From Rhodothermales bacterium (lineage in GTDB: Bacteria; Bacteroidota; Rhodothermia; Rhodothermales; Bin80): a stretch of 64,000 nucleotides of DNA. Each line of letters opens with the position of its first letter. The stretch's first letter is position 1. Positions 50,195 through 59,561 of this stretch are shown here, piece after piece. Location: contig OZ241874.1 in assembly GCA_965203305.1 (NCBI GenBank), positions 3,697,687-3,761,686 on the forward strand, read 5' to 3'. The translations under genes and the position numbers were made by a program. The notes under the pieces are model-generated. The model saw only the letters and a program-made list of their open reading frames with translations. It ran no database searches and had not been told where the DNA came from.

Positions 50195-50726
50195 TTTTGA
50201 CCATCGGATGGGCTGTTTCCAGTGCTTTCTGTTCTGCTCTCAGATCACCGCCTTTCAGGCAATAGAGTGCACCTTTCGGAGTGGCGACGCGCGTGTGCCA
50301 CTCCCAGAGGGTGCATAAGGGGGCTGTTCCCCTTGACACGCTGTACTGGATCGGGAACGAAAACTTTTCTGCCCGGCCATGCCAGGGGGAGAGATTCGGC
50401 AGATCCAGCTCTCTCTTGAACGCCCTGACAGCCAGAATCTTCTTCTGAACCGCATCTACAGCATGGATCTTTACCTCCGGGAACATGATGGCGAGAGGAA
50501 TCGCGGGGAGTCCTCCTCCGGTACCCCAGTCTGCCAGCACGGATCCTGCCGGAAACTGGCACCTTGCAAGTGCCAGACACTCCTGAATATGCTCCATGAA
50601 CCCTTCTGGTGTGGTGCGCCGTGAAAGCAGATTGACCTGCTGATTGTATTTCTGCAGCAGCTCGGCATATGTGCGAAGCTTTTTTCGCTGCCAGGGTTCT
50701 GTGTCAACATGTTTCACGTGAAACAT
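50136..50726 (-). CDS. rsmG: 16S rRNA (guanine527-N7)-methyltransferase
   Basis: LADWGTGGGLPAIPLAI SAM-binding segment. 196 aa. Located directly downstream of mnmG. Confidence 0.85.
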   Translation of the reverse strand: MFHVKHVDTEPWQRKKLRTYAELLQKYNQQVNLLSRRTTPEGFMEHIQECLALARCQFPAGSVLADWGTGGGLPAIPLAIMFPEVKIHAVDAVQKKILAVRAFKRELDLPNLSPWHGRAEKFSFPIQYSVSRGTAPLCTLWEWHTRVATPKGALYCLKGGDLRAEQKALETAHPMVKITLLPVPATIRIAVQVKSG

Positions 50727-50744
50727 TGTATCCTCCTGGATATC

Positions 50745-52616
50745 TTACCGCTCCAGAAGAACGGTTAACACGGCAATATCTGCGGGACTTACGCCACTGA
50801 TGCGGGAGGCCTGTCCAATGGTTTCTGGCTGAATTTTGTCCAGCTTCTCGCGGGCCTCCATGGTGATATTTTTGACTTCCGAAAATTTGAAGCCCCGAGG
50901 AATCGCGCGGTTTTCCATGGCTAGCATCCGTTTTGCCTCTTCCTCCTGCCGGGCGACATAGCCGGCATATTTTATGGAGATTTCCGCCAGATGTCCGGCC
51001 GATTCCATTCCAGGGGCGGGAGTCACAATCTGGTCCATGACTCCTGCAGCTTCAAGGAGATCCTCAAGAGTAACTTCCGGGCGCCGCACGATCTGAACGG
51101 CTTTCACGGGCTCGCTAATCGGGGCGGTTCCTACTTCCTGGAGGTATGGATTACAGGCACTCGGGGAAAGGGCATGTTCTGACAGTTTGGCAATGGTTGC
51201 CTGCACGGCTTCCTGCCTCTCCTGCATTCGCGTATAGCGTTCCCTGGATACCAGTCCGAGCCGGTTCCCCAGAGGTGTGAGTCGCTGATCTGCATTGTCC
51301 TGCCGGAGGAGCATCCGGTGTTCTGCCCTAGAGGTAAACATGCGATAGGGTTCTTCGGTCCCCTTCGCAATCAAATCGTCAATCAGAACGCCGATGTATG
51401 CTTCGGACCGACGCAGAATGACGGGAGCTTCCCCTGCCTGCCTGCGAACTGCATTGATGCCGGCCATTAGCCCCTGTGCACCTGCTTCCTCATAGCCGGT
51501 TGTTCCGTTAATCTGCCCCGCAAAAAAGAGCCCGCCTACATTCTTGGTTTCCAGTGAATAATGAAGCTGGTGCGGCGGGAAGTAATCGTATTCTATGGCA
51601 TACCCCGGACGCAGCATATGGACCTGCTCCAGTCCGGGCACCAGACGCAACGCTTCTTCCTGTACCGTTTCTGGCAGGCTTGTTGAAAATCCGTTTACAT
51701 ACACCTCTGTTGTTCTTCGGCCTTCTGGCTCCAGAAACAGCTGATGGCGTTCTTTTGACGCAAATCTGTCAATCTTGTCTTCTATGGAAGGACAGTACCT
51801 CGGGCCCGTTCCCTTAATTCGTCCGGCGAACATGGGACTCTGTTCAAACCCCTGCCGCAATGCTGCATGCACCTCCGGGCTGGTCCAGGTCAAGTGACAG
51901 CTGAGTTGGTCCTCGGTCAGTGTATCCGTCATAAACGAGAAGGGCATGGGATGCTCATCTCCCGGCTGCTCCGTGACGGCGGCGTAGTTGATGGTTCGTC
52001 CATCAACTCGTGGAGGTGTCCCCGTTTTCAGCCGGCCGCTTTCAAAGCCGAGCTCATGCAACTGTGCCGTCAGTCCCGTGCTCTGACGCTCGCCCATGCG
52101 CCCCCCGCCAAACTGCTGTTCTCCGACATGAATCCGTCCATTCATGAATGTGCCATTTGTAAGAATAACCGCCGGTGCATGGAAAATCCGTCCCAGCCGA
52201 GTATGCACGCCGCGAATTTCCCCCTTTTCTATTTCGAGAGCCGTGACCATGTCGGCCCGCATGTAGAGTCCCGGGGTTGCTTCCAGGGCCTCCCGAACAA
52301 ATGTTGCATACTCAATCCGGTCTGACTGCGCCCTTGGCCCCCACACTGCTGGTCCCTTGCGACGGTTCAGCATTCTGAACTGTATTCCTGCAGCATCCGC
52401 TGCGGATCCCATGATCCCGCCCAGTGCATCAATCTCCCGAACAATATGCCCCTTGCCAATTCCTCCGATTGCCGGATTGCATGACATCCGGCCAATTGCT
52501 TCCAGGCTCATGGTGATCAGAAGCGTCTTGGCCCCCATACGAGCCGCCGCGGCGGCGGCTTCTGTCCCCGCATGTCCGCCACCTACTACAATTACATCAA
52601 ATCTGGAAAATATCAT
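50745..52616 (-). CDS. mnmG: tRNA uridine 5-carboxymethylaminomethyl modification enzyme MnmG (GidA)
   Basis: FDVIVVGGGHAGTEAA FAD motif. 623 aa with typical GidA core segments. Confidence 0.95.
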   Translation of the reverse strand: MIFSRFDVIVVGGGHAGTEAAAAAARMGAKTLLITMSLEAIGRMSCNPAIGGIGKGHIVREIDALGGIMGSAADAAGIQFRMLNRRKGPAVWGPRAQSDRIEYATFVREALEATPGLYMRADMVTALEIEKGEIRGVHTRLGRIFHAPAVILTNGTFMNGRIHVGEQQFGGGRMGERQSTGLTAQLHELGFESGRLKTGTPPRVDGRTINYAAVTEQPGDEHPMPFSFMTDTLTEDQLSCHLTWTSPEVHAALRQGFEQSPMFAGRIKGTGPRYCPSIEDKIDRFASKERHQLFLEPEGRRTTEVYVNGFSTSLPETVQEEALRLVPGLEQVHMLRPGYAIEYDYFPPHQLHYSLETKNVGGLFFAGQINGTTGYEEAGAQGLMAGINAVRRQAGEAPVILRRSEAYIGVLIDDLIAKGTEEPYRMFTSRAEHRMLLRQDNADQRLTPLGNRLGLVSRERYTRMQERQEAVQATIAKLSEHALSPSACNPYLQEVGTAPISEPVKAVQIVRRPEVTLEDLLEAAGVMDQIVTPAPGMESAGHLAEISIKYAGYVARQEEEAKRMLAMENRAIPRGFKFSEVKNITMEAREKLDKIQPETIGQASRISGVSPADIAVLTVLLER

Positions 52617-52619
52617 CTG

Positions 52620-53966
52620 CTACTTGCCAATGCAAAACCTTGAAAAGATTGCCCCTAGGACCGTTTCGTTGGTAATCACACCGGTAATCATCCCCAGTTC
52701 TCTGGCAGCAGCATGCAAATCCAGCGAGAAGATATCTGGCGGCTGATTGCTGCGCAGTGCCTCCCCTGCATCGGACAGAAATTGATATGCTTTCTTTAGA
52801 TGAGATACGTGTCTTTCATTGATTACTGTTCTGGATACATCTGAATTTCCATATGATTCTGCGGTCTGCTCCAGTAATCTGGATATCAGGGATTCTACCG
52901 CTTTCGGACCGTTTTTTGCGCTCAGGCAGAGTCCCTTATGGTTCCCCTCTGCGACCAAATCTGCCTTGTTGCCTACGATGATCACGGGTATCTTTTCAAT
53001 TCTGTTCAAAGCATCCTGATCCTCTTCTGTCAATCCGCGGGCAAGATCATAGACATAGACCACAATGTCGGCTCTCTGGATCATGCTGCGGGCGCGCTGC
53101 ACGCCTTCCTGCTCGATGGAGTTTGTGCTCTGCCGTAATCCTGCAGTATCCATAAAGCGAAACCGTAACCCTCCAAATTCGGCATCCACTTCCAGAATAT
53201 CCCTGGTCGTTCCCGGCTGTGCGCTTACGATTGCCCGATCACGGCCGGAAAGACTGTTGAGCAGGGTAGATTTGCCGGCATTGGGGAGGCCAGCAATCAC
53301 AACCCGAACGCCTTCACGCACAGCAGTACCAAGCCTTGTGGTCTGAAGCAGATCATGCAGCTGCACCTGTGCGCTCTCAATGAGGGTTTTCAGTGTGGTT
53401 CGGTCTGCAAATTCAACATCCTCATCGGTAAAGTCAATTTCGAGTTCAGCCAGTGCGCACAATTCAAGAATGGCCGTCCGCATTTTTTCGAGCCCCTCCG
53501 AATACTCTCCCTCATAGGCGGCGAGCGAGACCCGGTGTGCCCGCTCACTGGAGGCGTGGATCAAGTCCGCAACAGCTTCCGCCTGCGCCAGGTCCATTTT
53601 TCCCGACAGGAATGCCCGCTGGGTGAACTCTCCTGGCTGTGCCAGTCGTGCTCCCCTCTCCACCAGACTTCGCAGCACCCGTGCTGCGACATACCCCCCT
53701 CCATGGCAGGTAATCTCCACTACATCCTCGCCTGTTGCCGTTCGGGGTTCCTGGAATACGGTGGCAACAACCTGATCAATCTTTGCCCCGTCAGAATCGG
53801 TCCATGTGCCCACATGCGCCGTATGGGAGTCTGCTTCTTCCAGGTTTCGCCCGGAAAAGCAGGCAGATGCAATCTGGCGGGCCTGGGGTCCGGAAATGCG
53901 AACAATGGACAGCGCCGCAAGCCCCGGTGCGGTCGCAATCGCCGCAATCGTATCCTGGGCGAGCAT
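52620..53966 (-). CDS. mnmE: tRNA modification GTPase MnmE (TrmE)
   Basis: GLPNAGKSTLLN G1 motif, DTAGLR and NKADL. C-terminal FCIGK. Confidence 0.95.
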   Translation of the reverse strand: MLAQDTIAAIATAPGLAALSIVRISGPQARQIASACFSGRNLEEADSHTAHVGTWTDSDGAKIDQVVATVFQEPRTATGEDVVEITCHGGGYVAARVLRSLVERGARLAQPGEFTQRAFLSGKMDLAQAEAVADLIHASSERAHRVSLAAYEGEYSEGLEKMRTAILELCALAELEIDFTDEDVEFADRTTLKTLIESAQVQLHDLLQTTRLGTAVREGVRVVIAGLPNAGKSTLLNSLSGRDRAIVSAQPGTTRDILEVDAEFGGLRFRFMDTAGLRQSTNSIEQEGVQRARSMIQRADIVVYVYDLARGLTEEDQDALNRIEKIPVIIVGNKADLVAEGNHKGLCLSAKNGPKAVESLISRLLEQTAESYGNSDVSRTVINERHVSHLKKAYQFLSDAGEALRSNQPPDIFSLDLHAAARELGMITGVITNETVLGAIFSRFCIGK

Positions 53967-53972
53967 GGCGGG

Positions 53973-55745
53973 TTACCTGCGACCTTTATTGCCTGTGTGT
54001 TTCTTCCTTATCACTCCTTTTGCCGGCTTGACTCCGGCTGGCTTTTTCACCGCTTTCTTTTCTTCACCAGCTTTCTTCTTCATGGACTTGTTAATGAACT
54101 GCTGCTGAACGGCAGAAAAGACATTGTAACAGAAATAATACAGACTCAGCCCTGACGGCAGCCGGTTGAAAATCACGAAAATCATGGCTGGCATCATGTA
54201 CATGAATATCTTTGCCTGCGGGCCGGAGGCGGGGGTTGCCTGCAAACGCATCTGTACAATCATGGACAAGCCCATGAGAATCGTAAAGCCGGCAACGAAG
54301 TCTCCATAAAATGGAATTTCAAACGGCAGATTCAAAATGATATCTGGAGCCGAAAGGTCGGGAGCCCAGAGAAACCCCTGCTGCCGAATTTCGATGGACT
54401 GTTGCAAAAACTGCCACAGGGCAATGATAATCGGATATTGCAACAGCATCGGCAAACAGGCTCCCAATGGATTCGTACCTGACTCGCGATACATCTTGAT
54501 GGTGGCTTCCTGCTGCTTCTGCGGATTGTCTGCATACTTTTCCTTGATCTCCTGCATTTTGGGCTGAAGTTCCCGCATCTTGGCCATGCTCTTGTAGGAA
54601 CTGAGTGTCAGCGGGAGCAGGACGATCTTGATCAGCAGACAGAAGAGAATAATCACCAGACCATAATTGTCAATCACGCTGCTCAGGAAACCAAATGTTG
54701 GAATAAACACAGCAATGGCAAGGGGGCGAGTCATCCATTCAAAGGCATCCCAGCCATAGTCTACCATGCCGTACACTCCGTCATAGCGGCGGATCTGGCG
54801 ATATTCCAAGGGGCCGAGATAAAGCCGATAGGTATCCGGGGACCCGTCCGGTGCCCCTACAAACATGCTGGCCCTGAAATCAACCTGCACTTCCGGGTCG
54901 TCTGCCTCTCCGATTCGTTCGCCAAAAAGCTCTGCCTCTCTTGCCGGATCATCCGCCAGGATCACGGCACCAAAGTATTTGTTTTTGACTCCCACCCAGG
55001 ATATGTTGCCCCGCAGTGTACGGTCTGTCACTTCATCTCCCTGAAGGGTAATTCCATCTACATCATTCCCGCTCCTCGCATATGCCCCGACCTTGCTGAC
55101 TTCTTCTTTTCGGTAGTCCACATCTTCACTAAACGGGACGGCCCCGTTCCAGACCATTTCATATCCCTCTGCGGTCTGGAACCCTGCTGCATTGATATGG
55201 GCAACCTCCAGTTTGATTTCATAATCGCCTGGGACAAAGGTGTAGGTCATTCTCAACCTTCCACTGCCAATCACAGCTTCAAATTCCACAATGGCAGGAT
55301 CTTGTGTTGCCTCTACCATGTCCGTGGGATTGCGCTGCACGAACGGAATGGATCGCGTGTCTATGTTTCTGGCACCGGGCGACTGAAACCCAAGACTAAT
55401 GGCTCCTGGACTGGTAGTGTCAATCAGTTGAACCTGACTTACCTGATCATACCTGAAATAGTCTTTCAGCTCAAACCCTGTCAGGGTTGCCCCCTTGTCT
55501 GAAAGCCGTGCGGTGTACAGGTCTGTTTCTACGACAATCTCCCGAGCGGGGCGCACAGGAGGCTCATCGGAAACTTCAGCTACTGAAGCAGGGGGAGCAG
55601 TGGTGTCTGGTGTTGCCTGCTGCTCGGTTGCCGGTTCCGTAATCTCTTCCGCCGACTCCTGAACCGGCGGGGAGGGCATCATCATCACCCACACGACCAT
55701 GATGGCCGTGATCAAGACGACTGCAACAATCGTATTGCGGTCCAC
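53973..55745 (-). CDS. yidC: Membrane protein insertase YidC
   Basis: N-terminal TM helix, a large periplasmic domain, and the conserved core (LLPLTLSSYKSMAKMRELQPKMQEIKEKY...GTNPLGACLPMLLQ). Confidence 0.9.
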   Translation of the reverse strand: MDRNTIVAVVLITAIMVVWVMMMPSPPVQESAEEITEPATEQQATPDTTAPPASVAEVSDEPPVRPAREIVVETDLYTARLSDKGATLTGFELKDYFRYDQVSQVQLIDTTSPGAISLGFQSPGARNIDTRSIPFVQRNPTDMVEATQDPAIVEFEAVIGSGRLRMTYTFVPGDYEIKLEVAHINAAGFQTAEGYEMVWNGAVPFSEDVDYRKEEVSKVGAYARSGNDVDGITLQGDEVTDRTLRGNISWVGVKNKYFGAVILADDPAREAELFGERIGEADDPEVQVDFRASMFVGAPDGSPDTYRLYLGPLEYRQIRRYDGVYGMVDYGWDAFEWMTRPLAIAVFIPTFGFLSSVIDNYGLVIILFCLLIKIVLLPLTLSSYKSMAKMRELQPKMQEIKEKYADNPQKQQEATIKMYRESGTNPLGACLPMLLQYPIIIALWQFLQQSIEIRQQGFLWAPDLSAPDIILNLPFEIPFYGDFVAGFTILMGLSMIVQMRLQATPASGPQAKIFMYMMPAMIFVIFNRLPSGLSLYYFCYNVFSAVQQQFINKSMKKKAGEEKKAVKKPAGVKPAKGVIRKKHTGNKGRR

Positions 55746-55748
55746 GTG

Positions 55749-56159
55749 TTACTCCTCTTTTGTTACTGTTTGACGAAGAAGACGCATCGCCTGAACGAGG
55801 TCTGTACGAAGTCCTTCGGTACGGTCTGGGCCGCGAGCCACCACCATGAGTGTCAGTGTCTGTGCTTCTGGAATCGTCTGAAGCGGGAGAATATGCTGAT
55901 GTGTGCGGCAGATTTCGCGCATTTGGCGACGGATTCGATTCCGCTGTACGGCATTCCTGCATCGGCCGGGTGTAAATCCAGCCTGGACAGGGGTATCTGT
56001 TCCTGTACTGTTGCGTGGTACGAAGCGGTACAGGATTCGGATGCTTCCTGCTGCCACCGATCTGGTTTCGGGATTGGACCGCTCAAACAGCGGACGGATC
56101 AACCGCCGACGCTTCAGCCGCATTGTACGCGGGAACCGCTGCTCCGCAACTGCCGTCAT
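55749..56159 (-). CDS. rnpA: Ribonuclease P protein component
   Basis: 136-aa basic protein with an RNR-type motif (AVQRNRIRRQMRE). It lies between rpmH and yidC. Confidence 0.85.
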   Translation of the reverse strand: MTAVAEQRFPRTMRLKRRRLIRPLFERSNPETRSVAAGSIRILYRFVPRNSTGTDTPVQAGFTPGRCRNAVQRNRIRRQMREICRTHQHILPLQTIPEAQTLTLMVVARGPDRTEGLRTDLVQAMRLLRQTVTKEE

Positions 56160-56162
56160 CAG

Positions 56163-56318
56163 CTATTTGCCAATGTAGCGATCACTGACTGACAGGCTCT
56201 TCCGTCCCTTGCGTCGCCGTCTCGACAGTACATTGCGACCGTCCTTGTCGGCCATTCTTGAGCGAAACCCGTGTTTGTTGCGACGCTTCCTGCGGCTGGG
56301 CTGGTAAGTGCGTTTCAT
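56163..56318 (-). CDS. rpmH: 50S ribosomal protein L34
   Basis: Not in the ORF track because it is under 60 aa. My translation is [51 protein letters not shown] (51 aa), which is the classic L34 sequence. Confidence 0.9.
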   Translation of the reverse strand: MKRTYQPSRRKRRNKHGFRSRMADKDGRNVLSRRRRKGRKSLSVSDRYIGK

Positions 56319-56456
56319 GATAAAAAGTATGCTGTGTCGTACTGAATAAATGAAGTCAAGTCTGATGTATTCTGGATGATCCAGACTGCCTTCTGTGCGT
56401 TCAATGGCTTTAAGCTCGATCTTTTACGCACCATACAGGTATTTTGCTTCCTTTTT

Positions 56457-56529
56457 GCGGGAATAGCTCAATCGGTAGAGCGTCAGCTTCCCAAGCTGAA
56501 GGTCGCGGGTTCGATTCCCGTTTCCCGCT
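56457..56529 (+). tRNA. tRNA-Gly (anticodon CCC)
   Basis: Hand-folded cloverleaf. Acceptor GCGGGAA/TTCCCGC, D arm GCTC..GAGC, anticodon stem TCAGC/GCTGA with loop TTCCCAA, T arm GCGGG-TTCGATT-CCCGT. No encoded CCA. Confidence 0.85.
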
Positions 56530-56533
56530 CACC

Positions 56534-56608
56534 GGGCGGTTAGCTCAGTTGGTTCAGAGCGCCTGCCTTACAAGCAGGAGGCCGGGGGTTCGAATCCCTC
56601 ATCGCCCA
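56534..56608 (+). tRNA. tRNA-Val (anticodon UAC)
   Basis: Hand-folded cloverleaf. Acceptor GGGCGGT/ATCGCCC, anticodon stem CCTGC/GCAGG with loop CTTACAA, T arm GGGGG-TTCGAAT-CCCTC. It lies 4 nt after tRNA-Gly. Confidence 0.85.
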
Positions 56609-56919
56609 CATTCCCTGCTCTTCGTTGGACCAAACTGGATCTCTCGTTCTCCTGTCAGGAGTATTCCAAGTTCAACCGGCACAGAAGTTCCCATTCTCTG
56701 ACGAACAGATTGAGCAGATTTTCTACAGCAGTCTGCTGTGGTTAAGCCATCCGGTATGACAGGGTAGACAAGGAACTTCTCGGTTGACACGTCGGACTGA
56801 ACAACGGGGAACCAGCAAACTGCCAAGCCGGGGTACGAAGAATGTACTCCCTGCATCTATTCGAACGTGCCATGCCACATAGACACACCAAATACCGGGG
56901 AGTGTGCGTCCCCTGCACA

Positions 56920-57903
56920 TCACAGGCAGCTAAACATTAATCGCAAGTTACGCTTGTATATTCCGGGTTCAAGATCCTGGAAACCAGATGCCTCAACGGT
57001 GACGGTGACCGGGGTTCTGTCACTGGAGGCAGGCGTGCAATCCCAAGTGTACCCTGTCCCGCTCTTGCTTTTTTCCAGCCTGCCCTCAAAGGATTGTCCG
57101 GTACCCGTATCAAAGGGTTTGAAGTCAACCTTAAAACTGGGATTCCCTCGCTGATCCCCGGGTGGTCCAAGATCTCTGATTTCCCACCGAAATTCTTTGA
57201 CTGCACCTTTCCCGGGCCGGGTGCATAACCAGGCATCAAAGGTTATGTCATATGTCACTGGATGCACGGAATTTTTAAGGACTCCATCCTCGCTGAACTT
57301 AAATTCGCTGGGGATCCCATCTCTTGTAAAGCCTATCCTGCAATCATCCTGCATCTCATGGAGGGTATACGTGACAGGAATATCCAGCTCCCAGCGATTT
57401 CCATGAGTGGTAACCGTGAGCGGAATGATGCCGGTGTAGGTACCGGGAACCGCATGGTCAATGCCCTCCGCAGTGCCTCCAATGGCCCACTCCATACGCT
57501 CCTCCGGCCGTTTGAGTACTGTTGTGCACTGCACCCCGGGTGGGCTGGCACTTCGCTTCTTCCGCTCCTCATTGTCTACCATACAATGTGCAAAGGGGAG
57601 CCACCAGATATCCCTGCCCGGTCCGCGCAAACGAATCATCGCAGGCATCTGCGTAACATACCGCTTTCCCAGCACTGGCTGTTGAGGAGAGTTCCACCAC
57701 ACCCGCCCGCACGAGTTTCCCATATCTTCGGGAGCACAGACCTCTGAAGTTTCGGGTGCATAAAGTTTGTATTCGGGAAAATCATTCGGATGATGCTCCA
57801 CCCGGACCCCCGCCCCCAGAAACAGAGGTGTATCCTTGGGCTCCTGGGCCCTTGCCCCAGACAAGACACCAATAAGTGCGATGGACAGCAGAGGGAATCG
57901 CAT
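56920..57903 (-). CDS. Secreted hypothetical protein with two DUF4402-like C-terminal-type segments
   Basis: I trimmed the start to ATG 57903 (MRFPLLSIALIGVLSGARAQ). Internal VPGTYTGIIPLTVTTH and terminal EPGIYKRNLRLMFSCL resemble the C-termini of the ORFs at 35131 and 58434. Confidence 0.45.
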   Translation of the reverse strand: MRFPLLSIALIGVLSGARAQEPKDTPLFLGAGVRVEHHPNDFPEYKLYAPETSEVCAPEDMGNSCGRVWWNSPQQPVLGKRYVTQMPAMIRLRGPGRDIWWLPFAHCMVDNEERKKRSASPPGVQCTTVLKRPEERMEWAIGGTAEGIDHAVPGTYTGIIPLTVTTHGNRWELDIPVTYTLHEMQDDCRIGFTRDGIPSEFKFSEDGVLKNSVHPVTYDITFDAWLCTRPGKGAVKEFRWEIRDLGPPGDQRGNPSFKVDFKPFDTGTGQSFEGRLEKSKSGTGYTWDCTPASSDRTPVTVTVEASGFQDLEPGIYKRNLRLMFSCL

Positions 57904-58433
57904 GGAACATACAGTTGTGATTATCAAGCACGAGATGTATTTCGGGAATATCAGGGCTACATTCGCTTGAGGGAGGAGTGCAATAATTTGTGTCTGCCCG
58001 AAACCTGTCTATTCCGTTGTCCATCCAGGCAAATTTGTATCCAGGATTTGTGCCTTTCCAATTTTCCAGATCTGCGACGGGGAAATGCATCTCTGCTGGA
58101 AATGAGAGACATTTGCTGTGGAATTTCTTTCTCCTCCCGGTGGTTGGTCTGCGTCTTCGTTGCCGTGTTTTCCTGTCTTCCTCCACCGCATGCATACAAT
58201 CTGCTTGCAGGCGGACACAATTTCCAGATCAAGGCCTGCATCAATGGAAGGGCACAGCACAGGACTTTCGGACAGATACCAGGACATTCCGTGCGGAATA
58301 AATGCATGTCCATCCCGTTCACCTGCCTGAAATCAAACTGAGGTGATACAATAAACCCTGGCAACATGAGCGGAATCATTTCTGCCTGGACTGCCAGACT
58401 ACTCGTTTGCCACATCAAGCACCATTGGATATT

Positions 58434-59048
58434 CTAACTGCAGAGGAGCATGAATGATATAGTGCCGGTATACTCGCCGAGCGGAGACTCTGAGGTGATC
58501 CCGGAGATCGTCCCGCCGAACCAGTATGTCGCCCTATACTCCCCGCCCGCAGGGAAAATGCCCTGCGAATAAAATGGCTCGCCTTCAAGTGGAGTAGGGA
58601 AACCATCCAAGGAAAGAGAGAAGAATTGGTTAGACCATTGGCTCTCATAGTTTATCGTCTCTTCTGGGTTATCCTCGTGCTTTAGTGCGTCTGACCATCC
58701 CCTTGAAAATAAATTGCACTGTCGGCAATCACCGGAGGCGACAACAACGAATTCTCCACGCTGAGGAGGATCTGCCGAATCAAGGGTCACACCAGTAACA
58801 TCTTTGGTGCTCCCTCTACGGGCGCTAAGCGTCATGGTCCCGGACAAGCCTAGTTTCGGCTTGTACAGGCCTCCGAAGGATAAATCGCTTACTGCTCTAA
58901 TCTCGTAGCTACAGGCACTTGTCTTTCCAATTTCAAGCACGGCCGTGATATCGCATATCTTACCATCATCATAACAGTTGTTTATGCTTTGCCCGGCCGC
59001 GACCTCGGAAACCCTCATCAGGACGAGAAGAACTGTCAGCATGCGCAT
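58434..59048 (-). CDS. Secreted DUF4402 / spore-coat-U-like protein
   Basis: I trimmed the start to ATG 59048 (MRMLTVLLVLMRVSEVAAG). C-terminal PLGEYTGTISFMLLCS. Confidence 0.45.
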   Translation of the reverse strand: MRMLTVLLVLMRVSEVAAGQSINNCYDDGKICDITAVLEIGKTSACSYEIRAVSDLSFGGLYKPKLGLSGTMTLSARRGSTKDVTGVTLDSADPPQRGEFVVVASGDCRQCNLFSRGWSDALKHEDNPEETINYESQWSNQFFSLSLDGFPTPLEGEPFYSQGIFPAGGEYRATYWFGGTISGITSESPLGEYTGTISFMLLCS

Positions 59049-59561
59049 AGCCTTTCCCTCGCTTTGCTGTTCTCCATCCACACTCCGATGCATTTACCGG
59101 CATCTCTGGAGTGTTTTAGCCGAATCCGGCAGTTCACTGCGTATACCTTCATTCCAGAGGTGCATCTGTACTGGAATGTCAAGAACGCACTGTCCTGCAT
59201 CAGAAAGAGAGTCAATCTGCAACCACCACGGAGGTGAGGCTGAATATCATCTCTGTCGCAGCAGCACAGCATCTTGTCCACACAATCCGTAGCGAATCCG
59301 CTACAGCTCATGTGCGCAGACAGGGGCACCAGAGAAAAAAATCTGTCCGGGTAAACTGCTTCTGCCATCGGGTTCAAGATCAGCAGGTGAGCTCGTACCC
59401 GGTCGCGGTGATGTCCACCAGGTGGGTGGAACCTAAAAAATAGGGGGGGACTCTTCACCATTTATAGAAGGCAAAAATCGGGCAATATAAGAGAGGTTGG
59501 CCGTCATAGGTTCTGATCTTTCGGCGTGTGGTTCTGTGTGTGTTTTGGGGAAGATTTCTGG

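Noticed and set aside
56319-56456. Looked for an oriC-like DnaA-box cluster (TTATCCACA) next to rpmH. Noted the palindrome ctggatgatccag.
   Set aside because: No DnaA-box consensus copies are evident, and the spacer is only 138 bp. The palindrome alone is not evidence for an origin.
59036-59461. 141-aa minus-strand ORF in the spacer 3' of the IS110 recombinase. Also small ORFs at 61549..61734 and 61783..62091 in the 5' spacer.
   Set aside because: They have Cys/Arg/His-rich odd composition, no motifs, and overlap with better-supported genes at their ends. They more likely lie within non-coding IS flanks or degraded DNA.
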